This document shows positions 40,201-55,239 of a DNA stretch of 64,000 nt, in pieces. This DNA is from the human T2T-CHM13v2.0 reference genome, Homo sapiens. Each line of letters opens with the position of its first letter. The stretch's first letter is position 1. The DNA lies in NCBI RefSeq assembly GCF_009914755.1, contig NC_060935.1; one strand, 5' to 3'. The notes under the pieces are model-generated. The model had not been told where the DNA came from and searched no databases. It was given only the letters and a program-made list of their open reading frames with translations. A program made the position numbers and the translations under genes.

Positions 40201-43200
40201 TTGAACCTTGCTTTCATAGTTCAGCTTTCAAACACTCTTTTTGTAGAATCTGCAAGTGGATATTTGGACCACTTTGTGGCCTTCCTTCGAAACGGGTATA
40301 TCTTCACATCAAACCTAGACAGAAGCATTCTCAGAATGTTTCCTGTGATGACTGCATTCAACTCACAGAGGTGAACAATCCTGCTGATGGAGGAGTTTTG
40401 AAACTCTCTTTCTTTGGATTCTGCAAGTGGATATGTGGACCTCTGTGAAGATTTCGTTGGAAACGGGTTCATCTTCACAGAAAAACTAAACAGAAGCATT
40501 CTCAGAAACTGCTTTGTGATGTTTGTGTTCCACTTCAGGAATTGAACTTTCCTCTTGACAGAGCAGCTCTGAAACCCTCTTATTCTAGAATCTGCAAGTG
40601 GACATTTGGAGGGCTTTGAGGCCTGTGGTGGAAAAGGAAAATCTTCACATAAAAACTAGATGGAAGCATTCTCAGAAACTACTTTGTGATGATTGCATTC
40701 GACTCACAGAGTTGAACATTCCTATAGATAGAGCAGGTTGTAAACAATCTTTTTCTAGAATCTGCTATTGGAGATTTGGACTGCTTTGAGGCCTACTGTA
40801 GTAAAGGAAATAACTTCATCTAAAAACCAAACGGAAGCATTCACAGACAATTCTCAGTGATCATTGGATTGAACTAACAGAGCTGAACATTCCTTTAGAT
40901 GGAGCAGTTTCCAAACAAACTTTCTGTAGAATCTGCAAGTGGATATTTGGACTTCTCTGAGAATTTCGTTGGAAAAGGGATAAACTTCCCAGAACTACAC
41001 GGAAGCATTGTGAGAAACTTCTTTGTGATGTTTGCATTCAACTCACAGAGTTGAACCTTGCTTTCATAGTTCAGCTTTCAAACACTCTTTTTGTAGAATC
41101 TGCAAGTGGATATTTGGACCACTTTGTGGCCTTCCTTCGAAACGGGTATATCTTCACATCAAACCTAGACAGAAGCATTCTCAGAATGTTTCCTGTGATG
41201 ACTGCATTCAACTCACAGAGGTGAACAATCCTGCTGATGGAGCAGTTTTGAAACTCTCTTTCTTTGGATTCTGCATGTGGATATGTTGACCTCTGTGAAG
41301 ATTTCGTTGGAAACGGGTTCATCTTCACAGAAAAACTAAACAGGAGCATTCTCAGAAACTGCTTTGTGATGTTTGTGTTCCACTTCAAGAATTGAACTTT
41401 CCTCTTGACAGAGCAGCTCTGAAACCCTCTTTTTCTAGAATCTGCAAGTGGACATTTGGAAGGATTTGAGGCCTGTGGTGGAAAAGGAAAATCTTCACAT
41501 AAAAACTAGATGGAAGCATTCTCAGAAACTACTTTGTGATGATTGCATTCGACTCACAGAGTTGAACATTCCTATAGATAGAGCAGGTTGTAAACAATCT
41601 TTTTGTAGAATCTGCGATTGGAGATTTGGACTGCTTTGAGGCCTACTGTAGTAAAGGAAATAACTTCATCTAAAAACCAAACGGAAGCATTTACAGACAA
41701 TTCTTAGTGATCATTGGATTGAACTAACAGAGCTGAACATTCCTTTAGATGGAGCAGTTTCCAAACCCACTTTCTGTAGAATCTGCAAGTGGATATTTGG
41801 ACTTCTCTGAGGATTTCGTTGGAAACGGGATAAACTTCCCAGAACTACAGGGAAGCATTGTGAGAAACTTCTTTGTGATGTTTGCATTCAACTCACAGAG
41901 TTGAACCTTGCTTTCATAGTTCAGCTTTCAAACACTCTTTTTGTAGAATCTGCAAGTGGATATTTGGACCACTTTGTGGCCTTCCTTCGAAACGGGTATA
42001 TCTTCACATCAAACCTAGACATAAGCATTCTCAGAATGTTTCCTGTGAAGACTGCATTCAACTCACAGAGATGAACAATCCTGTTGATGGAGCACTTTGG
42101 AAAATCTCTTTCTTTGGATTCTGCAAGTTGATATGTGGACCTCTGTGAAGATTTCGTTGGAAACGGGTTCATCTTCACAGAAAAACTAAACAGAAGCATT
42201 CTCAAAACCTACTTTGTGATGTTTGTGTTCCACTTCAAGAATTGAACTTTCCTCATGACAGAGCAGCTCTGAAAACCTCTTTTTCTAGAATCTGCAAGTG
42301 GACATTTGGAGGGCTTTGAGGCCTGTGGTTGAAAAGGAAAATCTTCACATAAAAACTAGATGGAAGCATTCTCAGAAACTACTTTGTGATGATTGCATTC
42401 GACTCACAGAGTTGAACATTCCTATAGATAGAGCAGGTTGTAAACAATCTTTTTGTAGAATCTGCGATTGGAGATTCGGACTGCTTTGAGGCCTACTGTA
42501 GTAAAGGAAATAACTTCATCTAAAAACCAAACGGAAGCATTCACAGACAATTCTTAGTGATCATTGCATTGAACTAACAGAGCTGAACATTCCTTTAGAT
42601 GGCGCAGTTTCCAAACACACTTTCTGTAGAATCTGCAAGTGGATATTTGGACCTCTCTGAGGATTTCGTTGGAAACGGGATAAACTTCCCAGAACTACAC
42701 GGAAGCATGCTGAGAAACTTCTTTGTGATGTTTGCATTCAACTCACAGAGTTGAACCTTGCTTTCATAGTTCAGCTTTCAAACACTCTTTTTGTAGAATC
42801 TGCAAGTGGATATTTGGACCACTTTGTGGCCTTCCTTCGAAACGGGTATATCTTCACATCAAACCTAGACAGAAGCATTCTCAGAATGTTTCCTGTGATG
42901 ACTGCATTCAACTCACAGAGGTGAACAATCCTGCTGATGGAGCAATTTTGAAACTCTCTTTCTTTGGATTCTGCAAGTGGATATGTGGACCTCTGTGAAG
43001 ATTTCGTTGGAAACGGGTTCATCTTCACAGAAAAACTAAACAGAAGCATTCTCAGAAACTGCTTTGTGATGTTTGTGTTCCACTTCAGGAATTGAACTTT
43101 CCTCTTGACAGAGCAGCTCTGAAACCCTCTTATTCTAGAATCTGCAAGTGGACATTTGGAGGGCTTTGAGGCCTGTGGTGGAAAAGGAAAATCTTCACAT

Positions 43201-46200
43201 AAAAACTAGATGGAAGCATTCTCAGAAACTACTTTGTGATGATTGCATTCGACTCACAGAGTTGAACATTCCTATAGATAGAGCAGGTTGTAAACAATCT
43301 TTTTGTAGAATCTGCGATTGGAGATTTGGACTGCTTTGAGGCCTACTGTAGTAAAGGAAATAACTTCATCTAAAAACCAAACGGAAGCATTCACAGACAA
43401 TTCTTAGTGATCATTGGATTGAACTAACAGAGCTGAACATTCCTTTAGATGGCGCAGTTTCCAAACACACTTTCTGTAGAATCTGCAAGTGGATATTTGG
43501 ACTTCTCTGAGGATTTCGTTGGAAACGGGATAAACTTCCCAGAACTACACGGAAGCATTGTGAGAAACTTCTTTGTGATGTTTGCATTCAACTCACAGAG
43601 TTGAACCTTGCTTTCATAGTTCAGCTTTCAAACACTCTTTTTGTAGAATCTGCAAGTGGATATTTGGACCACTTTGTGGCCTTCCTTCGAAACGGGTATA
43701 TCTTCACATCAAACCTAGACAGAAGCATTCTCAGAATGTTTCCTGTGATGACTGCATTCAACTCACAGAGGTGAACAATCCTGCTGATGGAGGAGTTTTG
43801 AAACTCTCTTTCTTTGGATTCTGCAAGTGGATATGTGGACCTCTGTGAAGATTTCGTTGGAAACGGGTTCATCTTCACAGAAAAACTAAACAGAAGCATT
43901 CTCAGAAACTGCTTTGTGATGTTTGTGTTCCACTTCAGGAATTGAACTTTCCTCTTGACAGAGCAGCTCTGAAACCCTCTTATTCTAGAATCTGCAAGTG
44001 GACATTTGGAGGGCTTTGAGGCCTGTGGTGGAAAAGGAAAATCTTCACATAAAAACTAGATGGAAGCATTCTCAGAAACTACTTTGTGATGATTGCATTC
44101 GACTCACAGAGTTGAACATTCCTATAGATAGAGCAGGTTGTAAACAATCTTTTTCTAGAATCTGCTATTGGAGATTTGGACTGCTTTGAGGCCTACTGTA
44201 GTAAAGGAAATAACTTCATCTAAAAACCAAACGGAAGCATTCACAGACAATTCTCAGTGATCATTGGATTGAACTAACAGAGCTGAACATTCCTTTAGAT
44301 GGAGCAGTTTCCAAACAAACTTTCTGTAGAATCTGCAAGTGGATATTTGGACTTCTCTGAGAATTTCGTTGGAAAAGGGATAAACTTCCCAGAACTACAC
44401 GGAAGCATTGTGAGAAACTTCTTTGTGATGTTTGCATTCAACTCACAGAGTTGAACCTTGCTTTCATAGTTCAGCTTTCAAACACTCTTTTTGTAGAATC
44501 TGCAAGTGGATATTTGGACCACTTTGTGGCCTTCCTTCGAAACGGGTATATCTTCACATCAAACCTAGACAGAAGCATTCTCAGAATGTTTCCTGTGATG
44601 ACTGCATTCAACTCACAGAGGTGAACAATCCTGCTGATGGAGCAGTTTTGAAACTCTCTTTCTTTGGATTCTGCATGTGGATATGTTGACCTCTGTGAAG
44701 ATTTCGTTGGAAACGGGTTCATCTTCACAGAAAAACTAAACAGGAGCATTCTCAGAAACTGCTTTGTGATGTTTGTGTTCCACTTCAAGAATTGAACTTT
44801 CCTCTTGACAGAGCAGCTCTGAAACCCTCTTTTTCTAGAATCTGCAAGTGGACATTTGGAAGGATTTGAGGCCTGTGGTGGAAAAGGAAAATCTTCACAT
44901 AAAAACTAGATGGAAGCATTCTCAGAAACTACTTTGTGATGATTGCATTCGACTCACAGAGTTGAACATTCCTATAGATAGAGCAGGTTGTAAACAATCT
45001 TTTTGTAGAATCTGCGATTGGAGATTTGGACTGCTTTGAGGCCTACTGTAGTAAAGGAAATAACTTCATCTAAAAACCAAACGGAAGCATTTACAGACAA
45101 TTCTTAGTGATCATTGGATTGAACTAACAGAGCTGAACATTCCTTTAGATGGAGCAGTTTCCAAACCCACTTTCTGTAGAATCTGCAAGTGGATATTTGG
45201 ACTTCTCTGAGGATTTCGTTGGAAACGGGATAAACTTCCCAGAACTACAGGGAAGCATTGTGAGAAACTTCTTTGTGATGTTTGCATTCAACTCACAGAG
45301 TTGAACCTTGCTTTCATAGTTCAGCTTTCAAACACTCTTTTTGTAGAATCTGCAAGTGGATATTTGGACCACTTTGTGGCCTTCCTTCGAAACGGGTATA
45401 TCTTCACATCAAACCTAGACATAAGCATTCTCAGAATGTTTCCTGTGAAGACTGCATTCAACTCACAGAGATGAACAATCCTGTTGATGGAGCACTTTGG
45501 AAAATCTCTTTCTTTGGATTCTGCAAGTTGATATGTGGACCTCTGTGAAGATTTCGTTGGAAACGGGTTCATCTTCACAGAAAAACTAAACAGAAGCATT
45601 CTCAAAACCTACTTTGTGATGTTTGTGTTCCACTTCAAGAATTGAACTTTCCTCTTGACAGAGCAGCTCTGAAAACCTCTTTTTCTAGAATCTGCAAGTG
45701 GACATTTGGAGGGCTTTGAGGCCTGTGGTTGAAAAGGAAAATCTTCACATAAAAACTAGATGGAAGCATTCTCAGAAACTACTTTGTGATGATTGCATTC
45801 GACTCACAGAGTTGAACATTCCTATAGATAGAGCAGGTTGTAAACAATCTTTTTGTAGAATCTGCGATTGGAGATTCGGACTGCTTTGAGGCCTACTGTA
45901 GTAAAGGAAATAACTTCATCTAAAAACCAAACGGAAGCATTCACAGACAATTCTTAGTGATCATTGCATTGAACTAACAGAGCTGAACATTCCTTTAGAT
46001 GGCGCAGTTTCCAAACACACTTTCTGTAGAATCTGCAAGTGGATATTTGGACCTCTCTGAGGATTTCGTTGGAAACGGGATAAACTTCCCAGAACTACAC
46101 GGAAGCATGCTGAGAAACTTCTTTGTGATGTTTGCATTCAACTCACAGAGTTGAACCTTGCTTTCATAGTTCAGCTTTCAAACACTCTTTTTGTAGAATC

Positions 46201-46250
46201 TGCAAGTGGATATTTGGACCACTTTGTGGCCTTCCTTCGAAACGGGTATA
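39200..46250 (+). repeat. Super-HOR block: 2 tandem copies of a different 4-HOR unit (3400 bp)
   Basis: GGAGGAG at 40393/43793, TGCTATTG at 40766/44166, GGAAAAGGGA at 40976/44376 and GTGGTTGAA at 42330/45730. Confidence 0.9.
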
Positions 46251-49200
46251 TGTTCACATCAAACCTAGACAGAAGCATTCTCAGAATGTTTCCTGTGATG
46301 ACTGCATTCAACTCACAGAGGTGAACAATCCTGCTGATGGAGCAGTTTTGAAACTCTCTTTCTTTGGATTCTGCAAGTGGATATGTGGACCTCTGTGAAG
46401 ATTTCGTTGGAAACGGGTTCATCTTCACAGAAAAACTAAACAGAAGCATTCTCAGAAACTGCTTTGTGATGTTTGTGTTCCACTTCAGGAATTGAACTTT
46501 CCTCTTGACAGAGCAGCTCTGAAACCCTCTTATTCTAGAATCTGCAAGTGGACATTTGGAGGGCTTTGAGGCCTGTGGTGGAAAAGGAAAATCTTCACAT
46601 AAAAACTAGATGGAAGCATTCTCAGAAACTACTTTGTGATGATTGCATTCGACTCACAGAGTTGAACATTCCTATAGATAGAGCAGGTTGTAAACAATCT
46701 TTTTGTAGAATCTGCGATTGGAGATTTGGACTGCTTTGAGGCCTACTGTAGTAAAGGAAATAACTTCATCTAAAAACCAAACGGAAGCATTCACAGACAA
46801 TTCTTAGTGATCATTGCATTGAACTAACAGAGCTGAACATTCCTTTAGATGGCGCAGTTTCCAAACACACTTTCTGTAGAATCTGCAAGTGGATATTTGG
46901 ACCTCTCTGAGGATTTCGTTGGAAACGGGATAAACTTCCCAGAACTACACGGAAGCATTCTGAGAAACTTCTTTGTGATGTTTGCATTCAACTCACAGAG
47001 TTGAACCTTGCTTTCATAGTTCAGCTTTCAAACCCTCTTTTTGTAGAATCTGCAAGTGGATATTTGGACCACTTTGTGGCCTTCCTTCGAAACGGATATA
47101 TCTTCACATCAAACCTAGACAGAAGCATTCTCAGAATGTTTCCTGTGATGACTGCATTCAACTCACAGAGGTGAACAATCCTGCTGATGGAGCAGTTTTG
47201 AAACTCTCTTTCTTTGGATTCTGCAAGTGGATATGTGGACCTCTGTGAAGATTTCGTTGGAAACGGGTTCATCTTCACAGAAAAACTAAACAGAAGCATT
47301 CTCAGAAACTGCTTTGTGATGTTTGTGTTCCACTTCAGGAATTGAACTTTCCTCTTGACAGAGCAGCTCTGAAACCCTCTTATTCTAGAATCTGCAAGTG
47401 GACATTTGGAGGGCTTTGAGGCCTGTGGTGGAAAAGGAAAATCTTCACATAAAAACTAGATGGAAGCATTCTCAGAAACTACTTTGTGATGATTGCATTC
47501 GACTCACAGAGTTGAACATTCCTATAGATAGAGCAGGTTGTAAACAATCTTTTTCTAGAATCTGCTATTGGAGATTTGGACTGCTTTGAGGCCTACTGTA
47601 GTAAAGGAAATAACTTCATCTAAAAACCAAACGGAAGCATTCACAGACAATTCTCAGTGATCATTGGATTGAACTAACAGAGCTGAACATTCCTTTAGAT
47701 GGAGCAGTTTCCAAACACACTTTCTGTAGAATCTGCAAGTGGATATTTGGACTTCTCTGAGAATTTCGTTGGAAACGGGCTAAACTTCCCAGAACTACAC
47801 GGAAGCATTGTGAGAAACTTCTTTGTGATGTTTGCATTCAACTCACAGAGTTGAACCTTGCTTTCATAGTTCAGCTTTCAAACACTCTTTTTGTAGAATC
47901 TGCAAGTGGATATTTGGACCACTTTGTGGCCTTCCTTCGAAACCGGTATATCTTCACATCAAACCTGGACAGAAGCATTCTAAGAATGTTTCCTGTGATG
48001 ACTGCATTCAACTCACAGAGGTGAACAATCCTGCTGATGGAGCAGTTTTGAAACTCTCTTTCTTTGGATTCTGCATGTGGATATGTTGACCTCTGTGAAG
48101 ATTTCGTTGGAAACGGGTTCATCTTCACAGAAAAACTAAACAGGAGCATTCTCAGAAACTGCTTTGTGATGTTTGTGTTCCACTTCAAGAATTGAACTTT
48201 CCTCTTGACAGAGCAGCTCTGAAACCCTCTTTTTCTAGAATCTGCAAGTGGACATTTGGAGGGATTTGAGGCCTGTGGTGGAAAAGGAAAATCTTCACAT
48301 AAAAACTAGATGGAAGCATTCTCAGAAACTACTTTGTGATGATTGCATTCGACTCACAGAGTTGAACATTCCTATAGATAGAGCAGGTTGTAAACAATCT
48401 TTTTGTAGAATCTGCGATTGGAGATTTGGACTGCTTTGAGGCCTACTGTAGTAAAGGAAATAACTTCATCTAAAAACCAAACGGAAGCATTTACAGACAA
48501 TTCTTAGTGATCATTGGATTGAACTAACAGAGCTGAACATTCCTTTAGATGGAGCAGTTTCCAAACCCACTTTCTGTACAATCTGCAAGTGGATATTTGG
48601 ACTTCTCTGAGGATTTCGTTGGAAACGGGATAAACTTCCCAGAACTACATGGAAGCATTGTGAGAAATTTCTTTGTGATGTTTGCATTCAACTCACAGAG
48701 TTGAACCTTGCTTTCATAGTTCAGCTTTCAAACACTCTTTTTGTAGAATCTGCAAGTGGATATTTGGACCACTTTGTGGCCTTCCTTCGAAACGGGTATA
48801 TCTTCACATCAAACCTAGACAGAAGCATTCTCAGAATGTTTCCTGTGATGACTGCATTCAACTCACAGAGGTGAACAATCCTATTGATGGAGCACTTTTG
48901 AAACTCTCTTTCTTTGGATTCTGCAAGTTGATATGTGGACCTCTGTGAAGATTTCGTTGGAAACGGGTTCATCTTCACAGAAAAACTAAACAGAAGCATT
49001 CTCAGAAACTACTTTGTGATGTTTGTGTTCCACTTCAAGAATTGAACTTTCCTCTTGACAGAGCAGCTCTGAAACCCTCTTTTTCTAGAATCTGCAAGTG
49101 GACATTTGGAGGGCTTTGAGGCCTGTGGTGGAAAAGGAAAATCTTCACATAAAAACTAGATGGAAGCATTCTCAGAAACTACTTTGTGATGATTACATTC

Positions 49201-52200
49201 GTCTCACAGAGTTGAACATTCCTATAGATAGAGCAGGTTGTAAACAATCTTTTTGTAGAATCTGCGATTGGAGATTTGGACTGCTTTGAGGCCTACTGTA
49301 GTAAAGGAAATAACTTCATCTAAAAACCAAACGGAAGCATTCACAGACAATTCTTAGTGATCATTGCATTGAACTAACAGAGCTGAACATTCCTTTAGAT
49401 GGTGCAGTTTCCAAACACACTTTCTGTAGAATCTGCAAGTGGATATTTGGACCTCTCTGAGGATTTCGTTGGAAACCGGATAAACTTCCCAGAACTACAC
49501 AGAAGCATTCTGATAAACTTCTTTGTGATGTTTGCATTCAACTCACAGAGTTGAACCTTGCTTTCATAGTTCAGCTTTCAAACACTCTTTTTGTAGAATC
49601 TGCAAGTGGATATTTGGACCACTTTGTGGCCTTCCTTCGAAACGGGTATATCTTCACATCAAACCTAGACAGAAGCATTCTCAGAAGGTTTCCTGTCATG
49701 ACTGCATTCAACTCCCAGAGGTGAACAATCCTGCTGATGGAGCAGTTTTGAACCTCTCTTTCTTTGGATTCTGCAAGTGGATATGTGTACCACTGTGAAG
49801 ATTTCGTTGGAAACGGGTTCATCTTCACAGAAAAACTAAACAGAAGCATTCTCAGAAACTGCTTTGTGATGTTTGTGTTCCACTTCAGGAATTGAACTTT
49901 CCTCTTGACAGAGCAGCTCTGAAACACTCTTTTTCTAGAATCTGCAAGTGGACATTTGGAGGGCTTTGAGGCCTGTGGTGGAAAAGGAAAATCTTCACAT
50001 AAAAACTTTATGGAAGCATTCTCAGAAACTTCTTTGTGATCATTGCATTCGACTCACAGAGTTGAACATTCCTATAGATAGAGCAGGTTGTAAACAATCT
50101 TTTTGTAGAATCTGCGATTGGAGATTTGGACTGCTTTGAGGCCTACTGTAGTAAAGGAAATAACTTCATCTAAAAACCAAACGGAAGCATTCACAGACAA
50201 TTCTTAGTGATCATTGCATTGAACTAACAGAGCTGAACATTCCTTTAGATGGAGCAGTTTCCAAACACACTTTCTGTAGAATCTGCAAGTGGATATTTGG
50301 ACTTCTCTGAGGATTTCGTTGGAAACGGGATAAACTTCCCAGAACTACACGGAAGCATTGTGAGAAACTTCTTTGTGATGTTTGCATTCAACTCACAGAG
50401 TTGAACCTTGCTTTCATAGTTCAGCTTTCAAACACTCTTTTTGTAGAATCTGCAAGTGGATATTTGGACCACATTGTGGCCTTCCTTCGAAACGGGTATA
50501 TCTTCCCATCAAACCTAGACAGAAGCATTCTCAGAATGTTTCCTGTGATGACTGCATTCAACTCACAGAGGTGAACAATCCTGTTGATGGAGCACTTTTG
50601 AAACTCTCTTTCTTTGGATTCTGCAAGTTGATATGTGGACCTCTGTGAAGATTTCGTTGGAAACGGGTTCATCTTCACAGAAAAACTAAACAGAAGCATT
50701 CTCAGAAACTACTTTGTGATGTTTGTGTTCCACTTCAAGAATTGAACTTTCCTCTTGACAGAGCAGCTCTGAAACCCTCTTTTTCTAGAATCTGCAAGTG
50801 GACATTTGGAGGGCTTTGAGGCCTGTGGTGGAAAAGGAAAATCTTCACATAAAAACTAGATGGAAGCATTCTCAGAAACTACTTTGTGATGATTGCATTC
50901 GACTCACAGAGTTGAACATTCCTATAGATAGAGCAGGTTGTAAACAATCTTTTTGTAGAATCTGCGATTGGAGATTTGGACTGCTTTGAGGCCTACTGTA
51001 GTAATGGAAATTACTTCATCTAAAAACCAAACGGAAGCATTCACAGACAATTCTTAGTGATCATTGCATTGAACTAACAGAGCTGAACATTCCTTTAGAT
51101 GGAGCAGTTTCCAAACACACTTTCTGTAGAACCTGCAAGTGGATATTTGGACCTCTCTGAGGATTTCGTTGGAAACGGGATAAACTTCCCAGAACTACAC
51201 GGAAGCATTGTGAGAAACTTCTTTGTGATGTTTGCATTCAACTCACAGAGTTGAACCTTGCTTTCATAGTTCAGCTTTCAAACACTCTTTTTGTAGAATC
51301 TGCAAGTGGATATTTGGACCACTTTGTGGCCTTCCTTCGAAACGGGTATATCTTCACATCAAACCTAGACAGAAGCATTCTCAGAATGTTTCCTGTGATG
51401 ACTGCATTCAACTCACAGAGGTGAACAATCCTGCTGATGGAGCAGTTTTGAAACTCTCTTTCTTTGGATTCTGCAAGTGGATATGGGGACCTCTGTGAAG
51501 ATTTCGTTGGAAACGGGTTCATCTTCACAGAAAAACTAAACAGAAACATTCTCACAAACTACTTTGTGATGTTTGTGTTCCACTTCAGGAATTGAACTTT
51601 CCTCTTGACAGAGCAGCTCTGAAACCCTCTTATTCTATAATCTGCAAGTGGACATTTGGAGGGCTTTGAGGCCTGTGGTGGAAAAGGAAAATCTTCACAT
51701 AAAAACTAGATGGAAGCATTCTCAGAAACTACTTTGTGATGATTGCATTCGACTCACAGAGTTGAACATTCCTATAGATAGAGCAGGTTGTAAACAATCT
51801 TTTTGTAGAATCTGCGATTGGAGATTTGGACTGCTTTGAGGCCTACTGTAGTAAAGGAAATAACTTCATCTAAAAACCAAACGGAAGCATTCACAGACAA
51901 TTCTTAGTGATCATTGCATTGAACTAACAGAGCTGAACATTCCTTTAGATGGAGCAGTTTCCAAACACACTTTCTGTAGAACCTGCAAGTGGATATTTGG
52001 ACCTCTCTGAGGATTTCGTTGGAAACGGGATAAACTTCCCAGAACTACACGGAAGCATTGTGAGAAACTTCTTTGTGATGTTTGCATTCAACTCACAGAG
52101 TTGAACCTTGCTTTCATAGTTCAGCTTTCAAACACTCTTTTTGTAGAATCTGCAAGTGGATATTTGGACCACTTTGTGGCCTTCCTTCGAAACGGGTATA

Positions 52201-55200
52201 TCTTCACATCAAACCTAGACAGAAGCATTCTCAGAATGTTTCCTCTGATGACTGCATTCAACTCACAGAGGTGAACAATCCTGCTGATGGAGCAGTTTTG
52301 AAACTCTCTTTCTTTGGATTCTGCAAGTGGATATGTGGACCTCTGTGAAGATTTCGTTGGAAACGGGTTCATCTTCACAGAAAAACTAAACAGGAGCATT
52401 CTCAGAAACTTCTTTGTGATGTTTGTGTTCCACTTCAAGAATTGAACTTTCCTCTTGACAGAGCAGCTCTGAAACCCTCTTATTCTATAATCTGCAAGTG
52501 GACATTTGGAGGGCTTTGAGGCCTGTGGTGGAAAAGGAAAATCTTCACATAAAAACTAGATGGAAGCATTCTCAGAAACTACTTTGTGATGATTGCATTC
52601 GACTCACAGAGTTGAACATTCCTATAGATAGAGCAGGTTGTAAACAATCTTTTTGTAGAATCTGCGATTGGAGATTTGGACTGCTTTGAGGCCTACTGTA
52701 GTAAAGGAAATAACTTCATCTAAAAACCAAACGGAAGCATTCACAGACAATTCTTAGTGATCATTGGATTGAACTAACAGAGCTGAACATTCCTTTAGAT
52801 GGAGCAGTTTCCAAACACACTTTCTGTAGAATCTGCAAGTGGATATTTGGACTTCTCTGAGGATTTCGTTGGAAACGGGATAAACTTCCCAGAACTACAC
52901 GGAAGCATTGTGAGAAACTTCTTTGTGATGTTTGCATTCAACTCACAGAGTTGAACCTTGCTTTCATAGTTCAGCTTTCAAACACTCTTTTTGTAGAATC
53001 TGCAAGTGGATATTTGGACCACTTTGTGGCCTTCCTTCGAAACGGGTATATCTTCACATCAAACCTAGACAGAAGCATTCTCAGAATGTTTCCTGTGATG
53101 ACTGCATTCAACTCACAGAGGTGAACAATCCTGCTGATGGAGCAGTTTTGAAACTCTCTTTCTTTGGATTCTGCAAGTGGATATGTGGACCTCTGTGAAG
53201 ATTTCGTTGGAAACGGGTTCATCTTCACAGAAAAACTAAACAGGAGCATTCTCAGAAACTGCTTTGTGATGTTTGTATTCCACTTCAAGAATTGAACTTT
53301 CCTCTTGACAGAGCAGCTCTGAAACCCTCTTTTTCTGGAATCTGCAAGTGGACATTTGGAGGGCTTTGAGGCCTGTGGTGGAAAAGGAAAATCTTCACAT
53401 AAAAACTAGATGGAAGCATTCTCAGAAACTACTTTGTGATGATTGCATTCGACTCACAGAGTTGAACATTCCTATAGATAGAGCAGGTTGTAAACAATGT
53501 TTTTGTAGAATCTGCGATTGGAGATTTGGACTGCTTTGAGGCCTACTGTAGTAAAGGAAATAACTTCATCTAAAAACCAAACGGAAGCATTCACAGACAA
53601 TTCTTAGTGATCATTGGATTGAACTAACAGAGCTGAACATTCCTTTAGATGGAGCAGTTTCCAAACACACTTTCTGTACAATCTGCAAGTGGATATTTGG
53701 ACTTCTCTGAGGATTTCTTTGGAAACGGGATAAACTTCCCAGAACTACAGGGAAGCATTGTGAGAAACTTCTTTGTGATGTTTGCATTCAACTCACAGAG
53801 TTGAACCTTGCTTTCATAGTTCAGCTTTCAAACACTCTTTTTGTAGAATCTGCAAGTGGATATTTGGACCACTTTGTGGCCTTCCTTCGAAACGGGTATA
53901 TCTTCACATCAAACCTAGACAGAAGCATTCTCAGAATGTTTCCTGTGATGACTGCATTCAACTCACAGAGGTGAACAATCCTGTTGATGGAGCACTTTTG
54001 AAACTCTCTTTCTTTGGATTCTGCAAGTGGATATGTGGACCTCTGTGAAGATTTCGTTGGAAACGGGTTCATCTTCACAGAAAAATTAACAGAAGCATTC
54101 TCAGAAACTGCTTTGTGATGTTTGTGTTCCACTTCAGGAATTGAACTTTCCTCTTGACAGAGCAGCTCTGAAACCCTCTTATTCTAGAATCTGCAAGTGG
54201 ACATTTGGAGGGCTTTGAGGCCTGTGGTGGAAAAGGAAAATCTTCACATAAAAACTAGATGGAAGCATTCTCAGAAACTTCTTTGTGATGATTGCATTCG
54301 ACTCACAGATTTGAACATTCCTATAGATAGAGCAGGTTGTAAACAATCTTTTTGTAGAATCTGCGATTGGAGATTTGGACTGCTTTGAGGCCTACTGTAG
54401 TAAAGGAAATAACTTCATCTAAAAACCAAACGGAAGCATTCACAGACAATTCTTAGTGATCATTGGATTGAACTAACAGAGCTGAACATTCCTTTAGATG
54501 GCGCAGTTTCCAAACACACTTTCTGTAGAATCTGCAAGTGGATATTTGGACTTCTCTGAGGATTTCGTTGGAAACGGGATAAACTTCCCAGAACTACACG
54601 GAAGCATGCTGAGAAACTTCTTTGTGATGTTTGCATTCAACTCACAGAGTTGAACCTTGCTTTCATAGTTCAGCTTTCAAACACTCTTTTTGTAGAATCT
54701 GCAAGTGGATATTTGGACCACTTTGTGGCCTTCCTTCGAAACGGGTATATCTTCACATCAAACCTAGACAGAAGCATTCTCAGAATGTTTCCTGTGATGA
54801 CTGCATTCAACTCACAGAGGTGAACAATCCTGCTGATGGAGCAGTTTTGAAACTCTCTTTCTTTGGATTCTGCAAGTGGATATGTGGACCTCTGTGAAGA
54901 TTTCGTTGGAAACGGGTTCATCTTCACAGAAAAACTAAACAGAAGCATTCTCAGAAACTGCTTTGTGATGTTTGTGTTCCACTTCAGGAATTGAACTTTC
55001 CTCCTGACAGAGCAGCTCTGACACCCTCTTATTCTAGAATCTGCAAGTGGACATTTGGAGGGCTTTGAGGCCTGTGGTGGAAAAGGAAAATCTTCACATA
55101 AAAACTAGATGGAAGCATTCTCAGAAACTACTTTGTGATGATTGCATTCGACTCACAGAGTTGAACATTCCTATAGATAGAGCAGGTTGTAAACAATCTT

Positions 55201-55239
55201 TTTGTAGAATCTGCGATTGGAGATTTGGACTGCTTTGAG

